Below are positions 1 through 17,168 of a stretch of DNA of 64,000 nt, piece after piece. The stretch lies in the NCBI RefSeq assembly GCF_009914755.1, contig NC_060926.1. One strand, written 5' to 3'. Under the pieces are notes generated by a model. The model ran no database searches and was not told where the DNA came from. It worked only from the letters and a program-made list of their open reading frames with translations. Each line of letters starts with the position of its first letter. Position 1 is the first letter of the stretch. A program made the translations under genes and the position numbers. The DNA comes from the human T2T-CHM13v2.0 reference genome, Homo sapiens.

Positions 1-198
1 CAAAGTGAAAATAATACCTACATAAAAAATAATTAAAATGAAATGTTGATCCTTCATTTATAACAACAATAAGGAAAGAAAAGAGTGGTTATCATTTTTC
101 AAGACATATTTTGTAAAATAAAAAGCTGGGAAATTTATATGAATCCCCAATTTTTTCCAAAATTTTCAGGGCTGAGAAATTAACAAGTCTGAGAACCA

Positions 199-600
199 TT
201 GTATTCATTATCTATAGCTGTGTAACAAATTATTCCCAAATTTTGCAGTTGAAAATAATAAACATTTATTTTCTCACAATTCCTGTGAGTCAAGAATCTG
301 AACTGGTGTAGCTGGGTCCTTGGGCTCAGGGTCTCTGATGAGGCTGCAGTCAGCTGGGATGTGGTCTCATCTGAAGGCTCATCTGAGGGAGGAGGGCTCA
401 CTTCCAAGCCCTTCATGTGGTTATTGGCAGAATTCAGTTATTTACAGGCTATTGAACCAAAGAACTCAGCTCCTTGCCTCACAAGTTTCTCCGCAGGGCA
501 GCTCACAACACAGTACCCAGCTTTCAGCAGAGTGAGCAAGTCAAAGAGCAGGACAGGGCAAGCAAGATGGAAGCCAGGGTCTTTTTAGAGGCTGCCTACA
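199..600 (-). mobile_element. MLT1-family (ERVL-MaLR) LTR fragment
   Basis: MLT1-like terminus gctgtgtaacaaatta...aaacatttattttctcacaattc...gctcagggtctc...tgaggctgcagtca. Confidence 0.6.
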
Positions 601-1273
601 GAGCCTCCTGCTGCCTGCCTCCTCCTCCCAGATGCAGGAGGGCCAGGTTTGGCAGGGTGGTGAGCCTTCTCCAGTGTGACAGGAGAAAAGGAGAGGCTAG
701 GAGCCACCATGCCTCTTTGTGCAGGTGAGTCGATGGGAAGCTGAGGGATGGTGGATTGCTGGCTTCTATTTTCACCCCAAATTAGGGCAGCCACCCAGAA
801 TTGAGGGCAGGCAGTTGGGGAAGGGGGTGGTAGGAGAATTGAGAGGAATGGGGAGCTTTCAAATAGCTAGGGTGGAGAATAGGAGACAGATGAGAGGAGA
901 GAAAGCCATGGAAAGTGATGCTGTAGCTTGGACCCAAACCTGGAGAATTTTTAAACTCTGCATAAGCTGTACTTCAAGGATCCAGCAGTTTACTTCCATA
1001 TGAGTTGATGCCTAAATTCACCCCAGAGTCAGATTTGCCCTTTTCTAGGAAAACCATCTTGAGTGAAGCAAATGCCCACATTATCCCTGAAGGTAACTGC
1101 GAAGCCTCCAGGAATCTGAACGCAGATGTTCCAGGCAGACATGAGTGCTGCCTGATCTGAGGGTGGGTGGAGGGAAAGGAATGCACTGAGCTCCCGACAT
1201 CCCCCCGTGCGCGGCTGATACCCGAGTGCGCTGATAGCAGCTGTGGCTCTGTGGAGCGCAGCCTGCAGGGCCC

Positions 1274-1333
1274 AGGGTGGGGCTGTCGCTGAGGGTGGGG
1301 CTGCTGTCGCTGAGGATGGGGCTACTGTCCCTC
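1274..1333. repeat. Degenerate G-rich minisatellite, three copies of 18-21 bp
   Basis: agggtggggctgtcgctg / agggtggggctgctgtcgctg / aggatggggctactgtccctc. Confidence 0.7.
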
Positions 1334-2799
1334 TCTCTCTCCGCAACTGGATGAACCCCACTGTCAAGTGTCCTAGGCACAGACAGACCAAGGCACAGAA
1401 ATGAGAGGATCTGAGTCCCGGGCTGCAGGAAAAAGGAATTTCCTCTTCTCTTTGGGCCCGGGGACAAAGTAAAGGCTGTCCCAAAGGTGAATGGAAGTCC
1501 TCATCCTCTCTCCTGAATATAGAGAGCAGGTAGAACCCTCTCTCTGGGGGAGAGATGATGGCAGCTACAACTCTGCGGGGGGTCCCCATCTCCCCAAGGA
1601 TGCTCCTATGGCCCTAGTAGCCACCACCCTGGGAGGTGGACTGCACCTCACTGCCCTGTGCTTGTCCAAGCCTCCAGGACGGTCCTGCTAAAAATTTCAG
1701 CCTGATCTCAGCTGCGTTACAGGGCCTTGGAGAAAAGCCTCCTCATCCCCTTGCCCAGAATACCAGAAGGGACAGCAGCGTCCCTCTTCCAGCCCAGGGC
1801 AGCCACGTGCTGACACGATGCAGAGGCCAGAGCCCAGAGCCCTGGACCACACACGACCAGTTCTTCTAAGACAGCAGGCTGAGCAAGGCCTGGGGAGTTG
1901 AGGCATGCTGCAGCAAGGGGTGGGGGGGGGGGGCGTTGGAGGTGAGGGTCCTGAATGGGCAGGTGGCATGTGAAGTGGATTGAAATGGGAGCTTATATTA
2001 GCAGGTGGCTGCTGAGGGTCACATGTACTGGTCAAGTCATTGCAAGCTGGTCAGGCACTGGGGTGGGCAATGGGTGGGGCAGTCAAGACTGAGGCATGGT
2101 CAACCCATTTCTGCCTGCAGTTTTGTGTGGCTGGGACATCCCACTGGCATCTCCTAGCCCAGCTCCTTTCGGACAGCTCTGCAGTCAGACCTCAGACAAG
2201 CTGCCAGTGGGGGTTAGCGGGAGACCTGGCCACCTGAGAGGCTGCGCGACTTCCCTTTCTCTACCAGGGCCGTCGCTCCTGGAGCAAGAAGCCGGCATAA
2301 GTGGGACCTCGAGGTCCAAAGCGACCTCAACATCAAAGAATTCAGCACTGTTTTGAATAGCCTGAACCAGCTTCCAAATCAATGCAAAATCCACTCACCT
2401 AGGGGCCTCGTCTTAGCTTAGCCCTTGTCACCCCCAGCCCGGGACCCTGAGGCGACAGCAGCTCACCTTAGAGACACCAACATTCTTTTCTGGTCCCTAA
2501 TGCGCTGTGGACAGGGAAACAACCCAGCCTCGCTGACCTCAGCCATCTTCCTGTGCCAAAAAAAAGGAAAGGAGCCAAAAGGAAGAGAGGCGGGAGAGAC
2601 CACATTTTAAGGAGAAAGATATTTACAGATAGGCTCCCTCTCCTGCCTTCAACCCCTGAGCTATAAAGCCTTGAAACGTTGCAATTTGCAATCAAATGTC
2701 AGACACAAAACCTTCTGGCTGGAGGTGCAGCCGTGCCAGCTTCCTGAATTCTCTCCTCAATGTCGGCTGCGTGGGGATTTAAACTCATTTAAACTGGTG

Positions 2800-4100
2800 G
2801 GCCTGGGACCGGCTGTATCCATCAAAAACCAGGAAGGGGAGCCGGCGCGGGGCGTGCACAGCTGTAGGAGGGCTCTCTGTGTGCGAATCCAGGCCCTGAG
2901 TTCGCACGCCCACCTGGGGCGGTGGTCCAGCCGCCAGGAACCCGCTTCCCAGCCGCTCCCCCTCACGCAGGAAGCCGGGACTCTGGGCGCAGCTCTCCCG
3001 GACCACGGCCACGTCCTGGCTCCAGCTACGGAGGCAGAAAGAAGCCACAGAAACCTAAAGGACAGGAGGGGAAACTGAGCTTTCCGCGTGGGTGCGGCTG
3101 CCCTTGACACCCGCTTGGGGGCTCCGGAGGGGGAGGCAGGGCGGCCCCGCGCTGAGGGTGGAAGCGTGAACATCCGAGCAGAGAGAGCGGGGAGGGGCCG
3201 TCCGGAGAGATGCCCCGCTGGCCCGACTGTGGCCCCCGGGAAAGACGCCGGTCCCGTGAGCACCGCCCCTTCTGTTGTCTCCAGACGCCCCGCTGGGATC
3301 ACTGCGCGCCGCCGCAGCTTCCCCACTACCCGTTCCAGAGCCACACCCTGGGGTGCGGCCGACACAAGATACCGCAAGGCCGGAGCCCCTCTGCGACCCC
3401 TACTTCCGAAGGCCGGGCCCCGGGCGCCTGCAGCCTCTTCCGCACCCGGCTCGGCCGGCGGGTCTGGGGCTCCCGGCACAGGTGGAGGTGGTGGCAGGTA
3501 GGAGGCGCTGCGGGGACACTACTGTCCCTGCCCTCCAGACGGCGCCCCGGGACGGCTGTGCCCCCAGGGCCTAGAAAAGTGCCTGAAGCTCAAGGGCCGC
3601 TCTCTGAGGGAGAGGGGACCGATCTGAGTGAGATCAGGGAGCGGGCAGAGGGGCTTGGAGGGGACCAGCCCAGAGCACCCCCACAGGGTGTCCCTTGGGT
3701 CCTGCCCTAGACTGCGCTGGATGGATTCTGCACACCCCACATTCCAGCCTCCCAAGACCATTGATGCCCTGTGTTTGCAGGCATGGCGCGCCCCGCAGAG
3801 CGAGAAATGTAAGGAAGGGCACAGGGCCGAGACGCGTGGCCGCCCCTTAACTGCGCTTCCTCTCGACTCTCGGGGGCTTCGCGGCGTCTGTGCTCATTCA
3901 GGCTGGGAAGGCGCTGCCCCCGTGTGGCCGCTGCCCGTCTCCGCAAGGCTGTCGTGTGGGGCGCTCCTCTGCTGTGACCAGCGCGGTTTGTGTGATTCCG
4001 CTCCCCCGCTCACACCCACCTGTTTCAGCACTGTTTTAAATAGCCAGAACCAACTTCCTAATCAATGCACCTGGGGTGGATACGGCGCGGGGGTGGGGGT
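2800..4100. promoter_or_regulatory. CpG-rich island (orphan promoter/enhancer-like)
   Basis: GC-rich with dense, undepleted CpG compared with the flanks (e.g. gcgcgccgccgc, ggccggcggg); no recognisable exon. Confidence 0.7.
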
Positions 4101-4719
4101 CACAGTAACACCACAAAGTAGCATTTTTCTGGTTCGGCTCCACCTGGAGAACTGTGGGTTCTGCGGACCCCCGAAAATTCCAACCAATTACCAAGTAGTT
4201 CAGAAGTTCCAGGAGTCTGGGCCACTGTGGCGGTCGCCATCTTCTCCTGCTGAGGGGCTGAGGTGCCCATTGCTGTCCCTCTCTTCCCGGTGCTCTCAGT
4301 GCTGAGCTCCAGCATGCCCCTGTGGAAGGCCCTGCCACAAAGCCTGGCTGCTCCACGCTCCCTGACTCGGCTGTCCTCAAATCCCCCTTCCCCTCTGACA
4401 GCCAGTGGTTTCTTTACATCAACTAGGTGCCCCCAAGGTTAGACTTTCCAAGGAAGACCCCGCTCCATTTACACGGTGGTTTCGTTTTACATTTTTAAGC
4501 AACAGTTCTCTCAGATATTATTAACAGAGAAAGCATCGTTTGGGTATAAAAGAAGAAGGCCGAGAATGAGGACATCTAGACCCCAGCTGTGGTGTTCTCC
4601 AACCAGCGCTGTGCTCCTGGGGGTCTCTCTGGTGGCTCTGTTTAACAGGGGGTCACCTGCTGAAATAGATGGCTGTGGTGTTCATGGCAGGGGATATGAG
4701 GATCTTTTAGTGCAGAAGA

Positions 4720-5900
4720 AAGTTTAGTGGAAAGGAGATGGTGGAGCAGTGAATGAGAGAGTGACCCTGTGGTATGTGGTCCCAGCCCCACTCAGTGCAA
4801 GAACTGAGCCTGGTAATACCTCAGGAGCAGCCGCTGTGGGGTGACCAGCTTGCGGGGCAAGGCATGGGCCCTGAGGAGAGGGCACAACAGGTGCAGACGA
4901 TTGCTAACCCAGACCCGCAGAAGACGTAATGGGCTTCTTCCTAAACACACACGCAAACTCCTGGGGACTTTGATAAATGCCTGTGGCATTTGGAGTGGTG
5001 GAGGAGGACACCAATGTCCTGTCGTTATGAAGGACCCCAAAGCTGGGGGAATTAAGCCAAAATATGGACCCACAGATTGGCTGCTGCTGGCGATATTCAC
5101 AGGAGGTCATGCAGATTCTGTCTGGGATCATTGGAGTCCCGATGCCATGTCTACCTACATCATGCACGTGTGACACCCTTGGAGTAGAACCAGTTTATTC
5201 ACAGGGTAACCCTGGCAGTGGCATCTGTAGAGAATTCTGGAGCTTGCAGCTGGGAGGGACCCTCAGTACTCCCTGCTGGCTCTGGAGACCCCAGAGGACA
5301 GTGAGGGGGCAACAACTGAGAGGACCTCCTAGGCTGCTCTGAGCTCCTGGGCAGGTCTAGAGAGGTGGCTGGATGTTCCAGAGGGAGGAAAAGGCAAGTG
5401 GCTTTGCCCAAGCTGGCTGGCATTTCTGGTCACTCTGTGTCCCTAGAGAAATGCCTGAGAACACTCAAAGTCCTTAGGTCAGACCCAACATGTCTAAAAA
5501 GACGGAGTCTTCCTGGAGACTATGGGGAAACTATGGAGAGGAGGGTCACAGGGATTATGTCAGATGTGCCAGAATCTGGGATACAGGCACACAAGCTGGG
5601 TCGGTGATTCCTGAAGCCAGGTTACCCTGGCATTTCCAGTGACACGATCCAGTTCTAAGTCCCCTTTTGTGCTTCAGTTCCATAGAGTAGGGTTTCTGTT
5701 ACCCATAACCAGAGGAGTCCTCTCACAATACAGGATTTGTTAAGTCTCCACACATAATTAGATATGGGCTAACAGGAAGTGGACATCTCAGGCAGTGGTA
5801 ATCTGAAGGCTGCGGTGCCACTCAGAGAGGTGTGGTAGGTGCTGTGCAAGTTGTATTGGGAGTGTGAACTGAATTACTGTGGCAGTGTCTACTTCTGAAT
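4720..5900. mobile_element. Degenerate MaLR/ERVL-like LTR and internal fragments
   Basis: MLT1-like 3' end (gggtttctgttacccataaccagaggagtcct, ~5690-5720) and MaLR-like flanking segments; recognised by eye. Confidence 0.4.
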
Positions 5901-8370
5901 GCTGGGTGTGGCTGGCCCAGGAGACTCTGGACCCAGGAAAAGCCTGTTTTGCATTTTCTCATGCAGGTTCATCTCTCTTACAATCACGGACTACCTCTCA
6001 CCCTGCACTTCAAGATACCAGCACTTAACACTTAATTCTGAAGTGTATTGGGTGCCTGAAAACAACCACATGCAATAATAAAACTCTCCCCAGTTCCAAA
6101 TGGCTTGAACTAGCGACACACAAAGAGAGGGAAGAGGCCCCTGTGGATTGAAGATTATTAAATATGAAGTATGTTTGTCAGGAAAAAAACCTTTGTTTAT
6201 ATAAACAGTAGAAGCGCCGCCATGGTAACCCTGCTGGGTTTGCTCTGCAGCCCGTAAAGGCCTCAGAGCCAAATTACCACCTCCTTTTTCATTGCTAGCC
6301 TACATTTTTAAAAAAACATCTCCAGCCAAAATTCCATGATCTGCCTGCTTGGTTTCCAGGCTCAGAAAATATCATTTTAAAAGGACTTGGGAACCAGTTA
6401 GAACCGCTGCCGATGCTTCTAAATGAAAGCTCATTTCTCTCACACACACTCTCACACACAAAGACGCATTTTGTTTGCCAAACTACAGTATGCTTTTCCC
6501 TTTTTATGTAACCCAAGTTTCCTTGGGCCTCCCAAGCCTGCAGGGCCGATGAAATGACACTAACATGTGACCCACAGGAACCCAGATCCCATTGGCTCCA
6601 GGTGTTTCTCCCACTTGCTTGCAAGGGCCTTGCCTCCTAGGAGGTCTCTGAGTCCTCTGGGTCGTGTGCCTGGATGTGGCCCTGAACAAATCCACTGCCA
6701 GACGTAGGGCGGCTTGTCTCCGCAACAGGGCCCGATAGGACCTGCATCACCTCTGTGCTGTCCCTGGAAGTCAAAGCACTTGGTGGTGGGTGAGGAGGCT
6801 GCTCCGAGGAGAGCCCCTCGCCTCCCTTTGTGCTACACTCAAGAAACACGCCCCAAACCAGGCCGCTGTGCCCACTGCCTCACAGGCATTGTCAGCAGAT
6901 GACCTTAGAGTTTACTCACATGCCCCGGCCAACCAAAGATCCCGGCCACAGATCCCAGGGCCAGTCCAAGTGGTGGCAGGTGGCCCTTCTCCGCATTAAG
7001 CTTCCTCCTGTGGCTGAGGGCAAACTCATCATTTCTGCCCTGCAGGAAGCTCCTCAGGCCCTCCCCACAAGAAGTCTTTTGGGTGGCCAGGCCGCCCCAT
7101 TCCGACATGTCCAAGCACATCTGTATCCACTTAGCCCCAAGTGGGGTCCCTTCTCCAACCTCTCCATCCGAGAGAGCCCATTCAAGAAGGCAGGTGGGAG
7201 AGCCACCCTCTCCGTGTGGCCGCCTGAGGCTGCCGAGAAGCCAAGCTGGGCCTGAGCTCTGGGGGAAAGGATTGCTCCACTCCAAGGGAAAAGAAAATTG
7301 ACATCAGATTATTTTCCTACATCTTTTCCCACTTTTTAATATTTGCCACATTGCATTCCACATTCCAATCTCCAAAAGGATGGGAGCATTAATAATATAA
7401 AAGAAAGAAGTGAAATTAACTCGACTCTAGAACTTTTATTATTTTCAAGCGTATAAAGCATGAGATTTATGGCTGAGCATAAAGTATGTCTTTGACTTGA
7501 AATGTTCTCCTAGAGATACATTAGGGAAACAGCCTGATATGGAACCAGACCTGCAGAGATACTGTGATGTTGCAATAAGCCAAGTTAAAGTTATTTATTG
7601 AGTTTGGTCAGTTTTGGTATTTCTCTGCTTCTCTTACTTGGCTGGCCATAGTTTTGCTTACTTTTCAACGTTTTTAAAGTTCTTCATTTAATAGAGAATA
7701 AATAATGCTGTCTCTGTCTCTTGATTTTCTACTTCCCATTCACATTTCTGATGAGTTTTACCTTCCACATGTTACAGGTATTACACATGTTACCTATATT
7801 GCAGCATTAAAAGCCCTTTTATAGACATTCTTTCAATGAATATGTGTGTAAGATCTTCATTTGCTTTTTCACACCTCAACTCAGGATTCATTTCACACAT
7901 TTCTAACTCAACCCAGGGTAGACGGGAATCAAAATGACTTTCAGATAAGGGCAAACTGGCTTATCCTGGTGTTTCAATCCAAACATAACACTGAGAAAAT
8001 GATGTCTCTCTCTTTAGCTCTAGCACCAATCCTCAGAGCAGGGAAAGAGAAGCTAAACAAAATATTAGCATAAATCTGGACTTTTACATCATTACTTTCT
8101 TCAAAGTGTTATAAATATATAAGCAACTATATGCAAGGTCCTTTTGCCCCTATTATTTCACTGAGATCCAGGTCTGCGTGAGCACACAGTGCTCCCTCCC
8201 ATACCAAGGTTCAAACAATAGATTTCAGTGGCTCTGTCCACATATATAAAGAGAAAATGGTTCCTGAACAAATTTCAATGAACATTTCCCCCTCCAGGAA
8301 GACAGAGTCGTGGCTCCCGCACACTCTTGCCTGAGGTTGTACAATGGACACAATAAAACTATGAGATCTA

Positions 8371-11586
<3,216 letters not shown>

Positions 11587-11589
11587 TTA

Positions 11590-13500
11590 AACTGTTTTTA
11601 TTGTGGTAAAATACATATAACATAAAATTTGCCATTTTAACCATTCTTCAGTGTACAATCCAGTGGCACTAATTACATTCACAATGTTGTGCAATGATCA
11701 CCACTATCCATCTTCAAAAGTTTTCATCACCCAAAATGGAAACTCTGTATCTATTAAGCAATAACTCCCCATTTTTTCCTCTTTCAAGCCTCTGGTAATC
11801 TCTAATTTACTTTCTGTCTCTATGAATTTGCCTATTGTAGATATTTTATATAAATGGAATCATATAATATTTGTTCGTTAATGTCTGGCTTATTTTGCTT
11901 ATGTTTTCAAGGTTCAGCTATGATTTGGAGTGTATCAGGACTTCATTCCTCTTTATGACTCAGTAGTATTCCATTGTGTGTATATATCACATTTCCTTTA
12001 TTCATTCGTTGATGGACACTTGGGTTGTTTCCGCCTTTTGGCTGTTATAAGTAATCCTGATATAAACATTGGTGTACAAGTACCTGAGTTTCTGTTTTCA
12101 GTTCTATTGGGTATATACCTAGGAGTGGAACTGCTGGTTCGTATGGTAATTCCATGTTTAACTTTTTGAGAAGCTACCAAACTTTTCCATGGAAGACGCA
12201 CTATTTTCAAATAAGTCATTTTCACTTACAGTCTATCTTGTCATATTCATGTAGCTTGCCATCTTTCCTTGGGTTGGGATTTGCCTGGTGTACCTTTTTC
12301 CAGCCTTTCACATTCAACTTTTCTGTGTCCCTGTGTTTTAGATGTCTTCTATACTTGTTGTGATTATTACCAATGTACTTGGATTTCCTAAATTCCATTT
12401 TTTTTCTTCTGTTACTTTGGGAACTATATTCTCTAATCTTAGTTTTCATAAAAGTTTAAATATCCATATTTAACTTCACAAAGTCAGAAGTTATCTTTAC
12501 CCTCTTGCCACATCATAAAAAGAGCCTTATGTTTTAACCCTGCTCATCTACTCCTAAGTTACAATATTATTGTCTAGCATTTTAGTTCATTATGGATTGT
12601 TTTATAGCTCCTAAAATATTACTGTTTTAGACCGTTAGTGCTTTAGATTTACCCTCACTTAAAAGTGTTTTGTTTTGTTTCGCTCACCATTCTTTTTTAT
12701 TTTTTAAAGAGATGGGATCTTGCTATGTTGCTCAGGCTGGAGTGCAGTGGCTATTCACAGGCATGATCATAGTCCACTACAGCCTTGAACTCCTTGGCTT
12801 AAGTGATCCTGCTGCCTCAGCCTCCTGAGTAACTGGGACTACAGGTATGTGCCACCACACCCAGCCACCATTCATTATGTTGTATCTTAAGCCTTTGTGG
12901 GATCATTTTCCATCACCTTAGCATTTATCTTTGGAAGATTTTAGTGAGAGTCCCAGTTTTTATTCATCAGATAGCACATTTTTCCCATCAGTCTTCAAAT
13001 TCAGTTTCATGAATTATTTTTTCAGCACTTTGAAATAGTTCCATTGTCCTTGTTTCCACTGGTGCAGTTGGGAAATAAGCTGTCAGTCTAATTATTGACT
13101 TTTTGTGGGTAGTCTTATCTCTCTGGCTTTTTAGATCTCTTCATCTTTTGTGTTCAGTTTCAAAACAATGTGTTTAAGAATGCAATTTCCTTTTATCAGC
13201 TTAAGATGTGTGAAGCACTCTAAATTCTAGGATTTGCCTTTAATCTGGTCTAGAAAATTCTCTAAAAAGTCAAGAAGCTTTGACTTTTCTCATTTTCTAT
13301 CACTCTCTATAGTAAATGCTGCATTCTGGATTATTTCTTCAGACCTATCTTTTTGTTCACTAATTCTCTCTTCAGCTGGGCCTAATCTGTTTATCCATTC
13401 TAATTTCAATTGTTATATTTCATTTTCAGTCCTTCCTGAAATCTGCCTTGTCCTTCTTTATTGTCTTATTCCTTTGTCATACATTTGATTCCTCTTACTG
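11590..13500 (-). mobile_element. L1MB/L1ME 3' fragments, antisense
   Basis: ttgtggtaaaatacatataacataaaatttgccattttaacc...gatggacacttgggttgtttcc...tatatacctaggagtggaactgctgg. Confidence 0.7.
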
Positions 13501-13506
13501 CTTCTG

Positions 13507-15160
13507 ATACAGTCAGCCCTTTGTACCCATGGGTTCTACATCCATGGACTCAACCAACCATGGATCCAAAATATTTGTTTAAAAAGATATATAAAATTAC
13601 AACAATAAAAAATACCAATTTTAAAATACAATACAACTATTTACACAGCATTTACATTATATTGGGTGGTCTGTTTTGTTTAGAGACATGGTCTTGTTCT
13701 GTCGTCCAGGCTGGAGTGCAATGACACAATCATAGCTCACTGCAACCTTGAACTCCTAGGCTCAAGTAATTCTCCTATCTCAGCCTCCTGAGTAGGTAGG
13801 ACTACAGGCACAAGCCACCATGCCTGGCTAATTTTTTTATTTTTATTTTTCTAGAGATGGTGTCTCATTACATTGCCTAGGCTAGTCTCAAGCTCCTGGA
13901 CTCCAACAATCCTCCTGCCTCAGCCTCCCAAAGCACTGGGGTTGCAGGTGTGAGCCACTATGCCTGGCTGTATTAGGTATTATAAGTAATCTACAGATTG
14001 CAGAGATGGAAGTAAAGCTTTCCTTCTTTCCTCTCTGAAGGTTTGCTGAAATGAGCTATGACAGATTAACAGGAGAAAAGGCACACAAATTTCATATGCA
14101 CATGGACATGGGAATCCCACAAATATGAGACTCAAAGCAAGGACACATGGCTGAAATTCAAACACCCTCTTTATAAGGAAGAGGAAAATGGGGTGGGGAG
14201 CTGTTTTGGAAGGGTAGTAAATAATTTCTAGGGAAAATGAATCAACCTGGGAGGCAGACATTATCTTATAATTGATTATCTTAGAAAACTGAATATGATC
14301 AGCAAATTACAGGAAGGTGAGGGGTAGAACTACATTGTGAACAAAGGTTGCCTTATGCAAATAGTCTTTCAAGTAAACTCTCAAAGCTGTTCTCAGAAGA
14401 ACAGATGAAAAGTCTATCTGGGCATGATGACAACTTTTAATCTCTTTGTCTTCTCCAGTGGTTTATCTTTCCTGGTTATAAGATTCCTAGAAAAGGGGGT
14501 CTTAAGACAATTGCATTTTTTTGGAAAGTAGTTTCCTTAGTCAGATAAAGAGATTCTAGAGAGTCTCTCTTCTTTTGAATGGGGGAGAATTGCATGAGGC
14601 CAGGAGTTTGAAACCAGCCTAGGCAAACATAGCAAGACCCCATCTCTACATAAAGGAAAAAAATCAGGTGTGGTGGCATGCACCTGTAGTCCCAGCTATT
14701 CAGGAGGCTGAGGCGGGAGGACTGCCTAAAATGTTTGCAGTGTTGGCAAATTTGATTCTATCATTTGTAGTATCTTATCTCCCATGTGTATCATTTTGGA
14801 TTTTGAGCTTTTATGTCTTGGAATACTTATGGGAGTGTAATTCTCCTGCCTTGGCCTCCCAAAGTCCTAGGGGATTACAAGCATGGCTTCAATTAATAAG
14901 TTTTAAATTGCATGCCATCTGAGTAGCATGATGAAACCTTGAGCTGTCCCACCCAGGACATGAAACACCCCTATGTCTGGTGTCTCTACCCTTATACACT
15001 ACCTGTCCATTAATCACTTAGTAGCTATGCCGGTTATCAGATCAAAAAAAAAAACAAAAAAAACCAGTATAAATATAAATAGGGATTGGTACTATCTGTG
15101 GTTTCAGGTATCCACTGGGGGTCTTGGAATATATCCCTTGTAGACAAGAGGGGATGACTG
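13507..15160. mobile_element. Nested cluster: TcMar-Tigger (MER2/Tigger3-like) fragments, an AluJ (13670-13968), an ERV1-like LTR (~14000-14580) and an Alu fragment
   Basis: Tigger termini cagtcagccct..ccatggactcaaccaacc and tccactgggggtcttggaatatatccc...gactgt; LTR-like ctctgaaggtttgctgaaa...cagattaacaggagaaaaggca. Confidence 0.55.
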
Positions 15161-15332
15161 TGTATAAGACTTTTATATCAAGGGAGGTTGTGATTAAGCA
15201 AGAGGAATAATACCACACAGAAATGGACCAAGTAATTTGTGTAACTTCTTATCTCCTCTTCTTGGGAAGAGGGTGAGCGTGTCTTCATTTCAAAAGGGAT
15301 AGCTGATCCATGGCAGGCAGAATCATGATAGT

Positions 15333-15800
<468 letters not shown>

Positions 15801-16156
15801 ATCAGCCCTATCTTCTAATAGAACTAGGAATGCACAAACTAATTTATACAAATTTGTCCCTGCTGGGAAGACAGAAATCATTTAAATTCCCAGTGTCATG
15901 TCAGCAAAGTCAATTCTGTATTCAGAGGCCAGCTTATTTTTACCACTTCAAGCACCAAAAAAAGACTACATATATGAAAAAGTTTCTAAATTAGTTTTTT
16001 TCAAACAAAGAAATGCTCTAAACTTTAGTAATGCCACATGGGTCCAAGCTAACAACCAAGAACAAAAGACAGAAATCCTACAAAGATTCCCAACACTTCC
16101 TAGGTTTCTACGTAGCAGCAATGAAAGTAAATTAATAATAAATATTGGATTTACAT

Positions 16157-16162
16157 TTTATT
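16157..16162 (-). terminator. Distal poly(A) signal AATAAA of GFPT1
   Basis: Plus-strand tttatt. A UGUA (CFIm) motif lies upstream at 16177-16174 and U-rich sequence lies downstream. Confidence 0.7.
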
Positions 16163-16868
16163 CAAAGGATAAATACAAAATTAAGAAAGAGTTCAAATTC
16201 AAAGTAAATATGCTTGATATTTCAAAACAATTCTACATACAAAGTACAATAGGAAAAAACCAAAAGCCCCCATAAATTAGAGTGGCTAGACACATTCAAG
16301 TCTAGCAGAAAGAAACTTGAAATTTAATGCAACGTTATTTCTCTTGCCTAGAAGCTAAAGCCTTAATTGTCTCAGATATCTTCCATCTCCTTATGGGCAT
16401 TACTTGAAGATAACAATGGAGCAAGCTTTTTAATGAACTTGCCATAGTGAAAAACCAATGACAGATGCCACACTGGAAAGAGGACAACAATGTAACCTAA
16501 AAGGGAGCTACTGGCAGAAATAAAAACTAGTGATACTGATAACATCTAGACCTTTGCAGACGTTTAGAGTACTGTACAATCTTAAATTATTGTTTATCAA
16601 CCTTTGGGTCTCACAGATTAAGAATGTACTAGTTAAGAACCAAGGAGTTATACCCAGTTCACAATACTGTTTCCTTCACTTGCCCTTTAGATATAATGGA
16701 TCTGGAATTCTCAATGAGTGTTACATGGTTTGGGAATTCTGGCAATTTTCCTTCCAAGACCTCCCTATACTTATCTCCATTTCAAAATATACAAAGCTGA
16801 GTGACAGAGGCAAAAATTAATTCCTAAAGATCCAAAGGGTATACAATACCTGTCAAATTTGATATGTC

Positions 16869-17168
16869 TGGGCAGGACACGGTGACTCATGCCTGTAATC
16901 CCAGCACTTTGGGAGGCCAAGGCGGGCAGATCACTTAAGGTCAGGAGTTTGAGACTAGCCTGGCCAACATGGTGAAACCCCGTCTCTACTAAAAACACAA
17001 AAATTAGCTAGGCATGGTGGCACGTGCCTGTAATCCCAGCTAATCCAGAGGCTGAGGCAAAAGACTCGTGTGAACACGGGAGGTGGAAGTTGCAGTCAGC
17101 CAAGATTGCAGCACTGCATGCCAGCCTGGGCAACAGAGCAAAACTCCATCTCAAAAAAAAAAAAAAGA
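16869..17168 (+). mobile_element. AluS in the GFPT1 3'UTR (antisense in the mRNA)
   Basis: Full-length Alu with poly(A) at ~17153-17169. Confidence 0.9.

Noticed and set aside
1029-1589. 186-aa ORF with SSATAAPP repeats
   Set aside because: The repeat comes from the G-rich minisatellite; no homology or splice support
2671-4305. Long overlapping ORFs (240, 225, 166, 137, 135 aa) in the GC-rich island
   Set aside because: Pro/Ala/Gly/Arg-rich, open on both strands, many with non-ATG starts and no recognisable domain; expected from stop-codon scarcity in GC-rich DNA
11930-12449. ORFs with L1 ORF2 C-terminal-like peptides (CTPMFIS...QPKCPS)
   Set aside because: Decayed L1 remnant, not an intact retrotransposon
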